A stretch of DNA of 64,000 nt from positions 1,061 through 65,060 of the forward strand of contig CANQBZ010000005.1 in the NCBI GenBank assembly GCA_947589295.1. Direction: 5' to 3'. Shown piece by piece: positions 9,528-17,485 of the stretch. The stretch's first letter is position 1. Every line of letters begins with the position of its first letter. This DNA comes from an uncultured Akkermansia sp. (GTDB lineage Bacteria; Verrucomicrobiota; Verrucomicrobiia; Verrucomicrobiales; Akkermansiaceae). The position numbers and the translations under genes were made by a program. A model generated the notes under the pieces. That model was not told where the DNA came from and made no database searches. It saw only the letters and a program-made list of their open reading frames with translations.

Positions 9528-11588
9528 TCAACGCTCTGCCGTTTCATTGGGGAAGAAAGTCTCTATCCCATGCCCTCGGGCACGTGGAAAGAGGATGATG
9601 CGCTTCATACCAATGGAACGCAGCAGTTGCGGGTCAACGATGGGTTCATGCAAATTATACCCAAGGATGAGTACGTCTGCACGGCGGAAACCTGACGGCA
9701 GCGTCTCAAAAGTCGAGAGTGCAGCATTACCAATGAAAAGGAAACGACGAGTATCTTGTCGTTGCCAATAAATAATGGGAGTTGCGTTGGCAGAGTATGA
9801 TACTGGCAGACCATGTGGCGGCGCGAAGATCGTGAAGGTCCCGGCGGCAGAAGTAAAGCACTGCGGAGCCGCCCCAGGAGGAGCGGAAAAATAGCTTAAC
9901 TTCGGCCATGCATGAGAGTAGATACTTGCTGTGGCAGCATCCCTCGGCTCCGGACAAAGAACGGGGGAAAATCCGGCATGAAAGAGAGCAGGCTGCACCA
10001 CATAACGCGCGGCACGCTCACCACGCACATCCCCCACCAGAATGCCCGGATTGCCCAAGACACACGCACTCTTGCCATAGTTGAGAGGCACTACCATCCA
10101 CTCTTCTGCCGCCGCCGGCGGCACAGAGGGAAGATAAGCTCCTGGGATCGAAGCAAACAGGCTCACCAACGATACGAGCCACCCTGCACTGCAAAGTGCT
10201 CCTGTCTGCACTAATCCACCTATAAGCGGCACGCCACCCACCACCAAAACTAGCAGCCCCATAAACATAGCTACTGGCAGTAGCGGTGCAATGAGGATAT
10301 TGATAACATAGCTCGCCGTATTTACCACATGGAAGTGCAGAACGGAAAGAGGCAGAGATACCAACCACGCGGACATCGACACCATGACCGTCCCACGAGC
10401 GAAAATATCTGCACTTACCACCCAACGCTCCCAACGCGTGTGAATACGCACTGGTATGTACGAGTCCGGCCCGAACCACGGCAGGTTCGACATAGCATAA
10501 CGCACACCCAAACAAATGGCTCCATATACCATAAAAGACAGGCGAAAACCCGGTTGATAAAACTGCCACGGCTGAAACATGAGCACGAGTAATGCCGCAT
10601 AACACCACGCATTCAAAAAACTGATGCGTCGGCGCAGCATAAGTGCTCCCAACACCATAGACAGCATAATGTACGCCCGCAATGCCGGAACAGCCATGCC
10701 TGTTGCAAACACGTACAGTCCCACCCCAAAAAGCAGCACCCAACGCCCCCAATCAGGCCGTAAGTGGCATAACCGCAACAGCACCCATAATATGCTCGCC
10801 ACAATACCCACATGTAAACCGCTCACCGCAAAGGCATGCAAACACCCTCCACGACGAAAAATATCAATGGTATCATCATCTGCTCGCCCTTTTTCTCCCA
10901 GCACGAGAGCACAGAGAACTTGGCGGCGAACATCTTTTTCAGTGCCGGATGGCATCAGACGATTTACCAGAACCATACGCACGCGCTCCGCTGCGCGCAG
11001 AAGTGTTGCATATCCAAAGTCACCGTTCGAACACTCCATTCTCAAACAGTTCAAGCGCGCAACAATACCCATCCCTCGCATCCACTCTTCCTGCGAGAAC
11101 ATACCCGGCACAAGCGGCTGCTCCGGTGGCTTAAGCTCGCCCACCACGCTCAAGCTCTCCCCCAGCTGCGCAGAGATATCCCCGTACACGACTACACGCA
11201 CACCGAGCACACCTGACTCTACAATGCAACCGTGATTGAGTGTACGAATCACCGTGCCTTGCACCTGTACAATGCGCGGCGGCGGTTGATCTGTGAGCTT
11301 CAACTGATCCATCTCTCTCTGCCGCAATGCCGCGCAAAGCGCTACAACCATCCCACAAAAAAAGGCGCACAACGTCACCCGATATGCACCTAGCACACAC
11401 CCAATAACCAACGCCACACCTGCCACAGACCACCCCACCCCACCACTGCAAATCACCCCACATACTACCATAAGAGGGAGCAACAACGGTGCGCGATTCA
11501 CCATCCCACGACAAGCATGAAACAGGGCACCTAACCTACATTGGCATTCATTTGGGTGCATTGCGCTCGTGATCGGCATAATTCTCAA
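9528..11588 (-). CDS. comEC: ComEC/Rec2-family DNA internalisation channel protein
   Basis: Polytopic membrane protein with the ComEC core HAFAVSGLHVGIV. The C-terminal region sits where the metallo-beta-lactamase HxHxDH motif is expected but reads ADVLILGYNLHEPI, so that domain looks degenerate. Confidence 0.75.
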   Translation of the reverse strand: MRIMPITSAMHPNECQCRLGALFHACRGMVNRAPLLLPLMVVCGVICSGGVGWSVAGVALVIGCVLGAYRVTLCAFFCGMVVALCAALRQREMDQLKLTDQPPPRIVQVQGTVIRTLNHGCIVESGVLGVRVVVYGDISAQLGESLSVVGELKPPEQPLVPGMFSQEEWMRGMGIVARLNCLRMECSNGDFGYATLLRAAERVRMVLVNRLMPSGTEKDVRRQVLCALVLGEKGRADDDTIDIFRRGGCLHAFAVSGLHVGIVASILWVLLRLCHLRPDWGRWVLLFGVGLYVFATGMAVPALRAYIMLSMVLGALMLRRRISFLNAWCYAALLVLMFQPWQFYQPGFRLSFMVYGAICLGVRYAMSNLPWFGPDSYIPVRIHTRWERWVVSADIFARGTVMVSMSAWLVSLPLSVLHFHVVNTASYVINILIAPLLPVAMFMGLLVLVVGGVPLIGGLVQTGALCSAGWLVSLVSLFASIPGAYLPSVPPAAAEEWMVVPLNYGKSACVLGNPGILVGDVRGERAARYVVQPALFHAGFSPVLCPEPRDAATASIYSHAWPKLSYFSAPPGAAPQCFTSAAGTFTIFAPPHGLPVSYSANATPIIYWQRQDTRRFLFIGNAALSTFETLPSGFRRADVLILGYNLHEPIVDPQLLRSIGMKRIILFPRARGHGIETFFPNETAER

Positions 11589-11899
11589 GAGCGCTGCCGG
11601 GCAGACCGCAGCGAATGGAGACGCATAAGCATTTTGGGGTGCAGTTTACAGCGAATCCACTCGTAGGCGAGCGGGAGTTGCCCCTCGCGATAGGCGCGAC
11701 CTATGCTGGCTTCCACCTCGGTAGCATTGCCAACGAGACGTAAAAAGTCATTGGAAGTAAGTTGCACAAAAGCCTCCCCATCGATATGCCCATGGCACTC
11801 CAAAAGTAAAAGCTCACGCACGTAAAGAGCCAACACCGCGTCCCCAATCCACGCCTCCGCTCGCACAGATGGATCCTGCTCCGGACGATGCGTGCTCAT
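11585..11899 (-). CDS. small RNase III-domain protein (catalytic domain only, no dsRBD)
   Basis: 104 aa. AEAWIGDAVLALYVRELL resembles the RNase III signature (E.LE.LGDAVL), and TEVEASIGRAY resembles the second conserved block. Its stop overlaps the comEC start. Confidence 0.5.
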   Translation of the reverse strand: MSTHRPEQDPSVRAEAWIGDAVLALYVRELLLLECHGHIDGEAFVQLTSNDFLRLVGNATEVEASIGRAYREGQLPLAYEWIRCKLHPKMLMRLHSLRSARQRS

Positions 11900-11923
11900 A
11901 AAACCGTGACGGGAAAACAGGGG

Positions 11924-12505
11924 TTAATTGCGAGAGCGCGGCTCACGCTCTGCAGCTGTTTTACCACCGGGAACAGTGACGAATGGCGCACCGGAAGTGG
12001 GAGCCTTCTCCGTGAAAGCAATACCGGGAGTTTCTGTAGGAACACCAGCCACGGGGAAGTCCTTGCGCAGCGGATGGTAAGGGTAATCATCCCACATCAT
12101 AATGCGACGCAGATCCGGGTGTCCGTCAAAATGGATGCCCATCAGGTCGTACTGCTCGCGTTCCAGCCAGTTGGCCGAGCGCCACACGCCAACCAACGAA
12201 GGCACAGAGGCATCCTTCTCCTCCAGCAAAGTGCGTACCAATAAATTTGCCCCTGTTTCAGCTTGGGTAATGGTGTAATTCACCTCATAACGCGGTTCTT
12301 TCCCTAAATGATCCACCGCCGATACGCACAAGAGCATATCGAACCCACAAGCCTCCTTCGCGTAGCGCATGATTGGCACTAACTGCTCGCGCGGCACGGT
12401 GAGTGTGGTATCGCCTCGAAACTCATGTAGCGCAACCTGCGAGAAACGGGCATGTATTCTATCACAGGCCTCTTGGGCAGCGGCAGTATGATTTTTGTTC
12501 GTCAT
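11924..12505 (-). CDS. nuoC: NADH-quinone oxidoreductase subunit C
   Basis: EPRYEVNYTI...ANWLEREQYDLMGIHFDGHPDLRRIMMWDDYPYHPLRKDFP, a typical NuoC. ATG 12505 was chosen because it lies 25 nt after the nuoB stop. Confidence 0.85.
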   Translation of the reverse strand: MTNKNHTAAAQEACDRIHARFSQVALHEFRGDTTLTVPREQLVPIMRYAKEACGFDMLLCVSAVDHLGKEPRYEVNYTITQAETGANLLVRTLLEEKDASVPSLVGVWRSANWLEREQYDLMGIHFDGHPDLRRIMMWDDYPYHPLRKDFPVAGVPTETPGIAFTEKAPTSGAPFVTVPGGKTAAEREPRSRN

Positions 12506-12530
12506 GGTAGAAACAGGAGAGATCGTTCTT

Positions 12531-13115
12531 TTAGTCGGTGATAACCTCTGCACGGATGCTGTCCGCACGCTGCGCCTTGCGCAAATCATGGGTCTTGAAA
12601 AATCCCTTCAGCGGGTGATCTGTCTTCATAATCTTATCCTGCAGGGTGATGAGCCCTTGCAGCAGGGCCTCCGGACGAGGCGGACAACCGGAGATATACA
12701 CATCCACCGGCACAATTTTATCCACCCCTTGCAGAACCGAGTAAGAGCGGAACATGCCGCCGGAACATGCGCACGCCCCGCAAGCAATGCACCATTTCGG
12801 CTCCGGCATCTGGTCCCAGATGCGCCGAACAAGACCAGCCATTTTATAAGTGATGGTTCCACAGATAAACATGAAGTCTGCCTGACGCGGGGCGTACCGG
12901 TTGACTTCCGACCCGAAACGTGAAATATCGTAGCGCGAGCATGACGCCGCCATATATTCAATCGCGCAGCAAGACGTCCCCATCGGCATAGGCCACAAAG
13001 AGTATTTATGCATCCAGTTGATTGCGGCCTCCAACGTTGTGTACACAAAACCGCCATCCGCATCTGGATCGCACATGTAATTCTGCTCTGTCTGCTCTTG
13101 AGTGTCCGTAGCCAT
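12531..13115 (-). CDS. nuoB: NADH-quinone oxidoreductase subunit B
   Basis: CCAIEYMA...RQADFMFICGTIT...WCIACGACACSGG...DVYISGCPPRPEAL, the N2 cluster ligands. ATG 13115 (MATDTQ...) is preferred over 13205. The first 30 codons of the longer ORF are a repeated palindromic element that also occurs in non-coding DNA at 15591. Confidence 0.85.
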   Translation of the reverse strand: MATDTQEQTEQNYMCDPDADGGFVYTTLEAAINWMHKYSLWPMPMGTSCCAIEYMAASCSRYDISRFGSEVNRYAPRQADFMFICGTITYKMAGLVRRIWDQMPEPKWCIACGACACSGGMFRSYSVLQGVDKIVPVDVYISGCPPRPEALLQGLITLQDKIMKTDHPLKGFFKTHDLRKAQRADSIRAEVITD

Positions 13116-13170
13116 CACGCGAACAAGGGTACTCCACGTCAGAGGAAATGTCAAGCAGATGCGCACGCGC

Positions 13171-13215
13171 ATCAGGGCAAACGCATTAGGAAATGCGTTT
13201 GCCATTTTACGACGG
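13171..13215. repeat. copy A of a ~45-nt repeated element containing the palindrome GCAAACGCATT-AGGA-AATGCGTTTGC
   Basis: Palindrome at 13177-13202. It aligns to 15591-15635 at roughly 80% identity. Weaker similarity continues to ~13275 after a ~22-nt insertion. Confidence 0.7.
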
Positions 13216-13429
13216 TTGAGCTTGGCGGCGCCTACGTACGATGCACGATTGCAAGGCTTACGCGCGTTGCGCGGGAAAGCTTCTGGAGTGACGCCATGCC
13301 GGGTTCACCGTCTTGCTCAATCACCAATGGTTGGCCGTCTTGTGGCTTACTTCTTTCCATCCATAGGAAACGCAGGGGAAATGGGTTGAATGAGCCCGGA
13401 GAAAATTTTATTGGGACACGTATGGCTCA

Positions 13430-15472
13430 TTACCGTATTTCCGCGATGATGTGCTCTGCCACATGCTGAGCCCCATCCGAAGATAGATGGTTGGTATCAT
13501 GATAGAAAAGTTTATCGCGATACATTCCCCGAAAAGCACCATCTTGCTCCAAGTACGGGTGGATGGGTATGATGCGTGCACCGCTCGCAGCGGATACCCG
13601 GGCCAACATTTCAAACACTGGTTTCTCTGCAGCCAAGAATTCAGACATGGTGATGGCGTCGCCGATGTCCGATAGATCCAGCCCCAGCATGATACGCCGT
13701 CTGACTTCGGTTCCAGGGGATATTTTTAGCCGAGGCGTTGGGGCAATGATTAGCACCTCTTTCCCCATGTCGCGAATGCGTCGACATGTACCGATGAGCC
13801 CCTTTTCGAGCAATTGCGTATTATGGCGTGGGTCGTTACTTTCAGCTTCGCCCTCGCGATAAAGATACTGATTCGTGTTGGGTGTACTTAAACGAGTATC
13901 CCAGCGGCACATGATCACGACTTTCTTGATACTTGGGGCATGCCGTAGCCACTCCAACACTTCTTTCACATCACTGCGGAAACCATTGGCAATTTTAATC
14001 CCATCAAGTGGGCAAACCTTTAGTCGCAGAGCCACAGCCTCTGCCCGATGCGTCTTGCAAACACGGCTTAGTCCTGTTCTGAAGCACTCCGCATATGAAT
14101 CACCCATCAGGAAAAAGGAGGGAGCAGCTTCGCCTCGCCCGAGAGTTTCTATGGCATCATGGTGAAGTTTACCAACGTTATCAGTCACAGTAAGCTGATG
14201 CAATCCATATCTCCCGTCTTGCCAGGATGGAAGATCTTTTCTAGTTTCAAGGGATGCATACTTGTTGGCATTCGCATGCAGTACGTGAACGAGACCATTC
14301 GTCTTAAAAAGTACAGCCCCGATGCCCGCCACCAAAACGCACATACAGAGCAGACCCGTGAAGGCCTTGCCTGCTGTGATGCTTCTGTTGCGTCGTATTG
14401 GCATCTCGATATATCTCCATGATAAATAAGCTATGGTGAACGAAGCCGCAGCAGCGAATAAGATGTGCCATGAGCTTAGCTCGCGCCCAAAATAATACCG
14501 CATGTAAACGATAATAGGCCAATGCCAAAGATAAAGGGAATAGGATATTCGTCCAATGCCCACTATGACATTTGATGAGAGGACTCCGGATATGAGCCCG
14601 ATCCCACCGCCGTAAATCATGAGTCCGGCTCCCACAACCGCCCCCAGAGCGCCATATCCGGGGAAATGCGCATTCGTACCCCCTGCGTAAACACAGGATG
14701 CCAAAATGCAAATTAGGCCAAAGAACGCTCCCCATGGAGCCAGACTGCGCAAAATCTTGTTTTTGGATTGCGAAATAGTCGGGATACCGGCTATCACAAC
14801 TCCCGCCAAAAGTTCCCAAGCACGAGATTCCAAGTAATAAAATGCCTTGAGTTGCAAGCGTGCGCTATTGGAAGCAAGGAGTCTCTCAGAGTCCACAAAC
14901 GATAAAATCAGTAACAAGCTCAAAACTACCATTTGTGCGCGCGTGCTCCTGCGGCTCACGCCCAAAACCAGGAACATGATCAGGGGGATGATGATGTAAA
15001 ACTGCTCCTCAACGCTCAGCGACCACAGATTCATGAGTGGGTGAGAATCAGCATCCCCAGCAAAATAGTCGCCGAGGAATTTATAGCAGAAGAAATTGGC
15101 GCAGAAATAAGCGCTGCGAAGCGTAGCGTTGCCGAGTGAGCTGAGCGGCTCGTAGTGATAAAGGAAGAGCCCCACCACAAGCGTAGCTAGGATGACCGCA
15201 AAATACGCAGGCATAATACGCTTGATACGCCGCGTATAAAAGTCAACAAAAGAGAAACTTCCCTCTCTCAGCTCCCTGAGAATTCCTCCGCCTATCAAGT
15301 ATCCAGAGATGACGAAAAAGACATCTACCCCTATAAACCCGCCCGGACATAACCCGCTCTGCAAGTGGTACAGCAAAACCGCCAAAACAGAGATTGCCCG
15401 AATCCCGTCTATGTGCGGGAAATACTTTCCACGTATTACCTGTTGTTCGTAACTACCTACTTCTCCTCGCAA
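13430..15472 (-). CDS. OatA/OafA-type O-acyltransferase (acyltransferase_3 membrane domain plus C-terminal SGNH domain)
   Basis: N-terminus HIDGIRAISVLAVLLYHL with about 10 TM segments. C-terminal SGNH motifs are FFLMGDSYAE and YHDTNHLS. The only in-frame start near the N-terminus is TTG at 15472. Confidence 0.85.
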   Translation of the reverse strand: MRGEVGSYEQQVIRGKYFPHIDGIRAISVLAVLLYHLQSGLCPGGFIGVDVFFVISGYLIGGGILRELREGSFSFVDFYTRRIKRIMPAYFAVILATLVVGLFLYHYEPLSSLGNATLRSAYFCANFFCYKFLGDYFAGDADSHPLMNLWSLSVEEQFYIIIPLIMFLVLGVSRRSTRAQMVVLSLLLILSFVDSERLLASNSARLQLKAFYYLESRAWELLAGVVIAGIPTISQSKNKILRSLAPWGAFFGLICILASCVYAGGTNAHFPGYGALGAVVGAGLMIYGGGIGLISGVLSSNVIVGIGRISYSLYLWHWPIIVYMRYYFGRELSSWHILFAAAASFTIAYLSWRYIEMPIRRNRSITAGKAFTGLLCMCVLVAGIGAVLFKTNGLVHVLHANANKYASLETRKDLPSWQDGRYGLHQLTVTDNVGKLHHDAIETLGRGEAAPSFFLMGDSYAECFRTGLSRVCKTHRAEAVALRLKVCPLDGIKIANGFRSDVKEVLEWLRHAPSIKKVVIMCRWDTRLSTPNTNQYLYREGEAESNDPRHNTQLLEKGLIGTCRRIRDMGKEVLIIAPTPRLKISPGTEVRRRIMLGLDLSDIGDAITMSEFLAAEKPVFEMLARVSAASGARIIPIHPYLEQDGAFRGMYRDKLFYHDTNHLSSDGAQHVAEHIIAEIR

Positions 15473-15488
15473 CGCAACATCGTCGCTA

Positions 15489-15497
15489 CCCCCCCCC
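15489..15497. repeat. homopolymer C9 (G9 on the coding strand), 17-25 nt upstream of the acyltransferase start
   Basis: Read directly: ...gctaCCCCCCCCCtcactatat.... Confidence 0.9.
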
Positions 15498-15590
15498 TCA
15501 CTATATGTTGACTATAAATATGTTGCATATCTATATCTTGTGACGCACCCCCATTATACCAGCTATCGGCCCAATTTCAAGGGCAAAATA

Positions 15591-15635
15591 CCCAGAGCAA
15601 CCGCATTAGAAAATGCGGTTGCCAATTTACGATGG
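15591..15635. repeat. copy B of the repeated element, palindrome GCAACCGCATT-AGAA-AATGCGGTTGC
   Basis: Palindrome at 15597-15622. Relative to copy A the arms differ at one position in each arm, and the two changes are complementary (A->C with T->G), so the palindrome is preserved. Confidence 0.7.
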
Positions 15636-15842
15636 ACGATGTGCGATTCATTAAGAATGTGCGTGTTGCGCATATTATTGAATTATTAGTGTTTCCCTGA
15701 GTCTTTGGAACCATCATCATGATGGTCGCCGATTGTCACAACTTCTGATACGTATAAACGGCGATATCAGCCAACAAGAGTATTTTCTCTATTGATTACC
15801 TTCTCTCAAGTGCATTTGCCCTGGTACGCGCATCTCCACATA

Positions 15843-16967
15843 CTAGTACACATCTTTTTGGTAGCGTTTCTGCGTCTTGAGAGCAGCTAAATACGCAACA
15901 GCGGCTTCCGGACTGCGTCCGCCTTCGCGGGCGATAATCGTAAGCAGCGTTTGCTCCACATCCTTAGCCATGCGGTTGGCATCGCCGCACATGTATACGG
16001 CTGCTCCCTTTTCCAGCCATTGCCATATCTCAGCGCCAACCGCATCCATGAGGTGCTGCACGTAAATCTTGTGATCCTGGTCGCGACTCCACGCCACACT
16101 CATCTTCAGAGCTCCACTCCCCACAAGCGGCGCCAGCTCGTCCTCATAACAAGCATCAGTAGCCTTGTACGGGTTGCCGAAGAAGAGCCACATGGGGCCG
16201 GTGGCACGATCAATGATGCGCTGCTGCCAGAAAGCGCGGAAGGGCGCAATGCCAGTGCCGGGACCCACCATGATGATGGGCGTTGCGCCATCCTCCGGCA
16301 AACGGAAATTCTTATTGCTGTGCACAAAGACGCGCACCTTGTCGCCGGGTTTGACGCGATCTGCCAAGAAAGTGGAACACACGCCGTTGCGGGCGCGGTC
16401 ATGCGATTTGTAGCGCACAGCCCCCACGCACAGACTCACCTGCCCGGGCACCTGCGCCGGGCTGCTGGCGATGGAGTATAGCCGCGCCGTGAGCTTGGGC
16501 AGCACGGCTACGAGCTCCGCTCCGTTGGTGAAACGAGGCTTCATCTCCTCATCCTGCGCCAGATCCAGCAAATCGCGTCCCCACACAAAGTCCTTCAGCT
16601 GCTCCTTGTCAGCGAGGATAGTCTCCAACTTCGCACTTCTGGCAGAAGCATTCCACTTGGCAAGCGTGCTCTTCTTGAGACCCGTAATATCGTACGTGGC
16701 AATGAGCGCCTCACGCAGCGTCATCTGCTCACCCGCTGCATCCACGACTTCTGAGGCATCCAAGCCCAACGCCGCTATCAACGCATCCACCAACGCCGGA
16801 TCGTTGTTCGGCAGCACCCCCAACGCATCACCCGTCACATAAGCCAACCCCGAATCTCCCAGCGAAATATCCACATTGATCGTTTCTTTCGCACTGCCCG
16901 GTTTCGTGATGTGGCGCACGTCCATAATTTCTGCCGGGTACGGATTTTTGATGCTGTAAGGTTCCAT
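15843..16967 (-). CDS. CysJ-like FAD/NAD(P)H-binding reductase (no flavodoxin/FMN domain)
   Basis: VRHITKPGSAKETINVDISLGDSGLAYVTGDALGV...RLYSIASS...MVGPGTGIAPFRAF...KIYVQH...YQKDVY. This is collinear with the C-terminal half of sulfite reductase flavoprotein and the diflavin reductases. Confidence 0.8.
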   Translation of the reverse strand: MEPYSIKNPYPAEIMDVRHITKPGSAKETINVDISLGDSGLAYVTGDALGVLPNNDPALVDALIAALGLDASEVVDAAGEQMTLREALIATYDITGLKKSTLAKWNASARSAKLETILADKEQLKDFVWGRDLLDLAQDEEMKPRFTNGAELVAVLPKLTARLYSIASSPAQVPGQVSLCVGAVRYKSHDRARNGVCSTFLADRVKPGDKVRVFVHSNKNFRLPEDGATPIIMVGPGTGIAPFRAFWQQRIIDRATGPMWLFFGNPYKATDACYEDELAPLVGSGALKMSVAWSRDQDHKIYVQHLMDAVGAEIWQWLEKGAAVYMCGDANRMAKDVEQTLLTIIAREGGRSPEAAVAYLAALKTQKRYQKDVY

Positions 16968-17191
16968 AGTCGCGTTGGGTTTGTCCGCACGTTACTCTAC
17001 CCGATAGACCATATTTTGTCAAGGAGTGCGAACTCCCGTTTTTAAGGCACCCATCTCAAAAATGAACGCATTTTATCGAATTTATGTTGATGTAATAACT
17101 ATTCAGTGATATTATAATAGCTGCTTAAGCTCACTAATGCGATCATTTTCGCTATTAAGCTTGACAAATCAACAATCAAACTAAATAAATC

Positions 17192-17407
17192 ATGAAAACA
17201 TTAGCACTCATCGCAACAGCTCTGTTCGCCATCACCGCATATGACGCAGCTGCAGCATATGCTGACACCTCGAGCGCCTGCGCCATCGAGAACCAAGTGA
17301 TATGTGGACAGGCCAATAAACCCCTCGAACGTTGCCCATATTGCCATGGCACAGGCTCTTTTGGTACACAACGCTGCATCCCCTGCAAAGGGCGTGGTTT
17401 CCGTTAA
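17192..17407 (+). CDS. small secreted protein with two DnaJ-type CxxCxGxG zinc-finger knuckles
   Basis: 71 aa. Signal peptide MKTLALIATALFAITAYDAAAAYA, then CPYCHGTG and CIPCKGRG. An AT-rich region with TTGACA at 17161-17166 lies upstream, and a strong hairpin terminator at 17435-17466 lies downstream. Confidence 0.55.
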   Translation: MKTLALIATALFAITAYDAAAAYADTSSACAIENQVICGQANKPLERCPYCHGTGSFGTQRCIPCKGRGFR

Positions 17408-17434
17408 TGAAGCACCAGTCAACCTGAGATACGC

Positions 17435-17466
17435 AAACGGGCGACCCATGAAAGGTCGCCCGTTTT
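17435..17466. terminator. bidirectional intrinsic terminator between the small zinc-finger gene and the M42 peptidase gene
   Basis: 12-bp stem AAACGGGCGACC / GGTCGCCCGTTT (17435-17446 pairs with 17454-17465), loop CATGAAA. A T run follows on the + strand and an A run precedes it. Confidence 0.7.
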
Positions 17467-17485
17467 CTTGGGGGAGGATTGCGCA

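Noticed and set aside
10018-11235. Several 120-250-aa ORFs on both strands inside the comEC region
   Set aside because: All overlap the 686-aa ComEC ORF, which has the recognisable Competence-domain core. The alternative frames translate to Arg/Cys/His-rich sequence that does not look like protein.
13116-13205. 30-codon N-terminal extension of nuoB (MANAFPNAFALMRVRICL...)
   Set aside because: The extension is encoded by the palindromic repeated element, which also occurs in clearly non-coding DNA at 15591-15635. The downstream ATG at 13115 gives a normal NuoB.
13171-15670. Mobile element (IS or transposon) carrying the acyltransferase
   Set aside because: The flanking repeats are direct and only about 80% identical. 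No transposase, integrase or terminal inverted repeats are visible. I keep it as a repeat-flanked cassette or shared regulatory element, not as an annotated mobile element.
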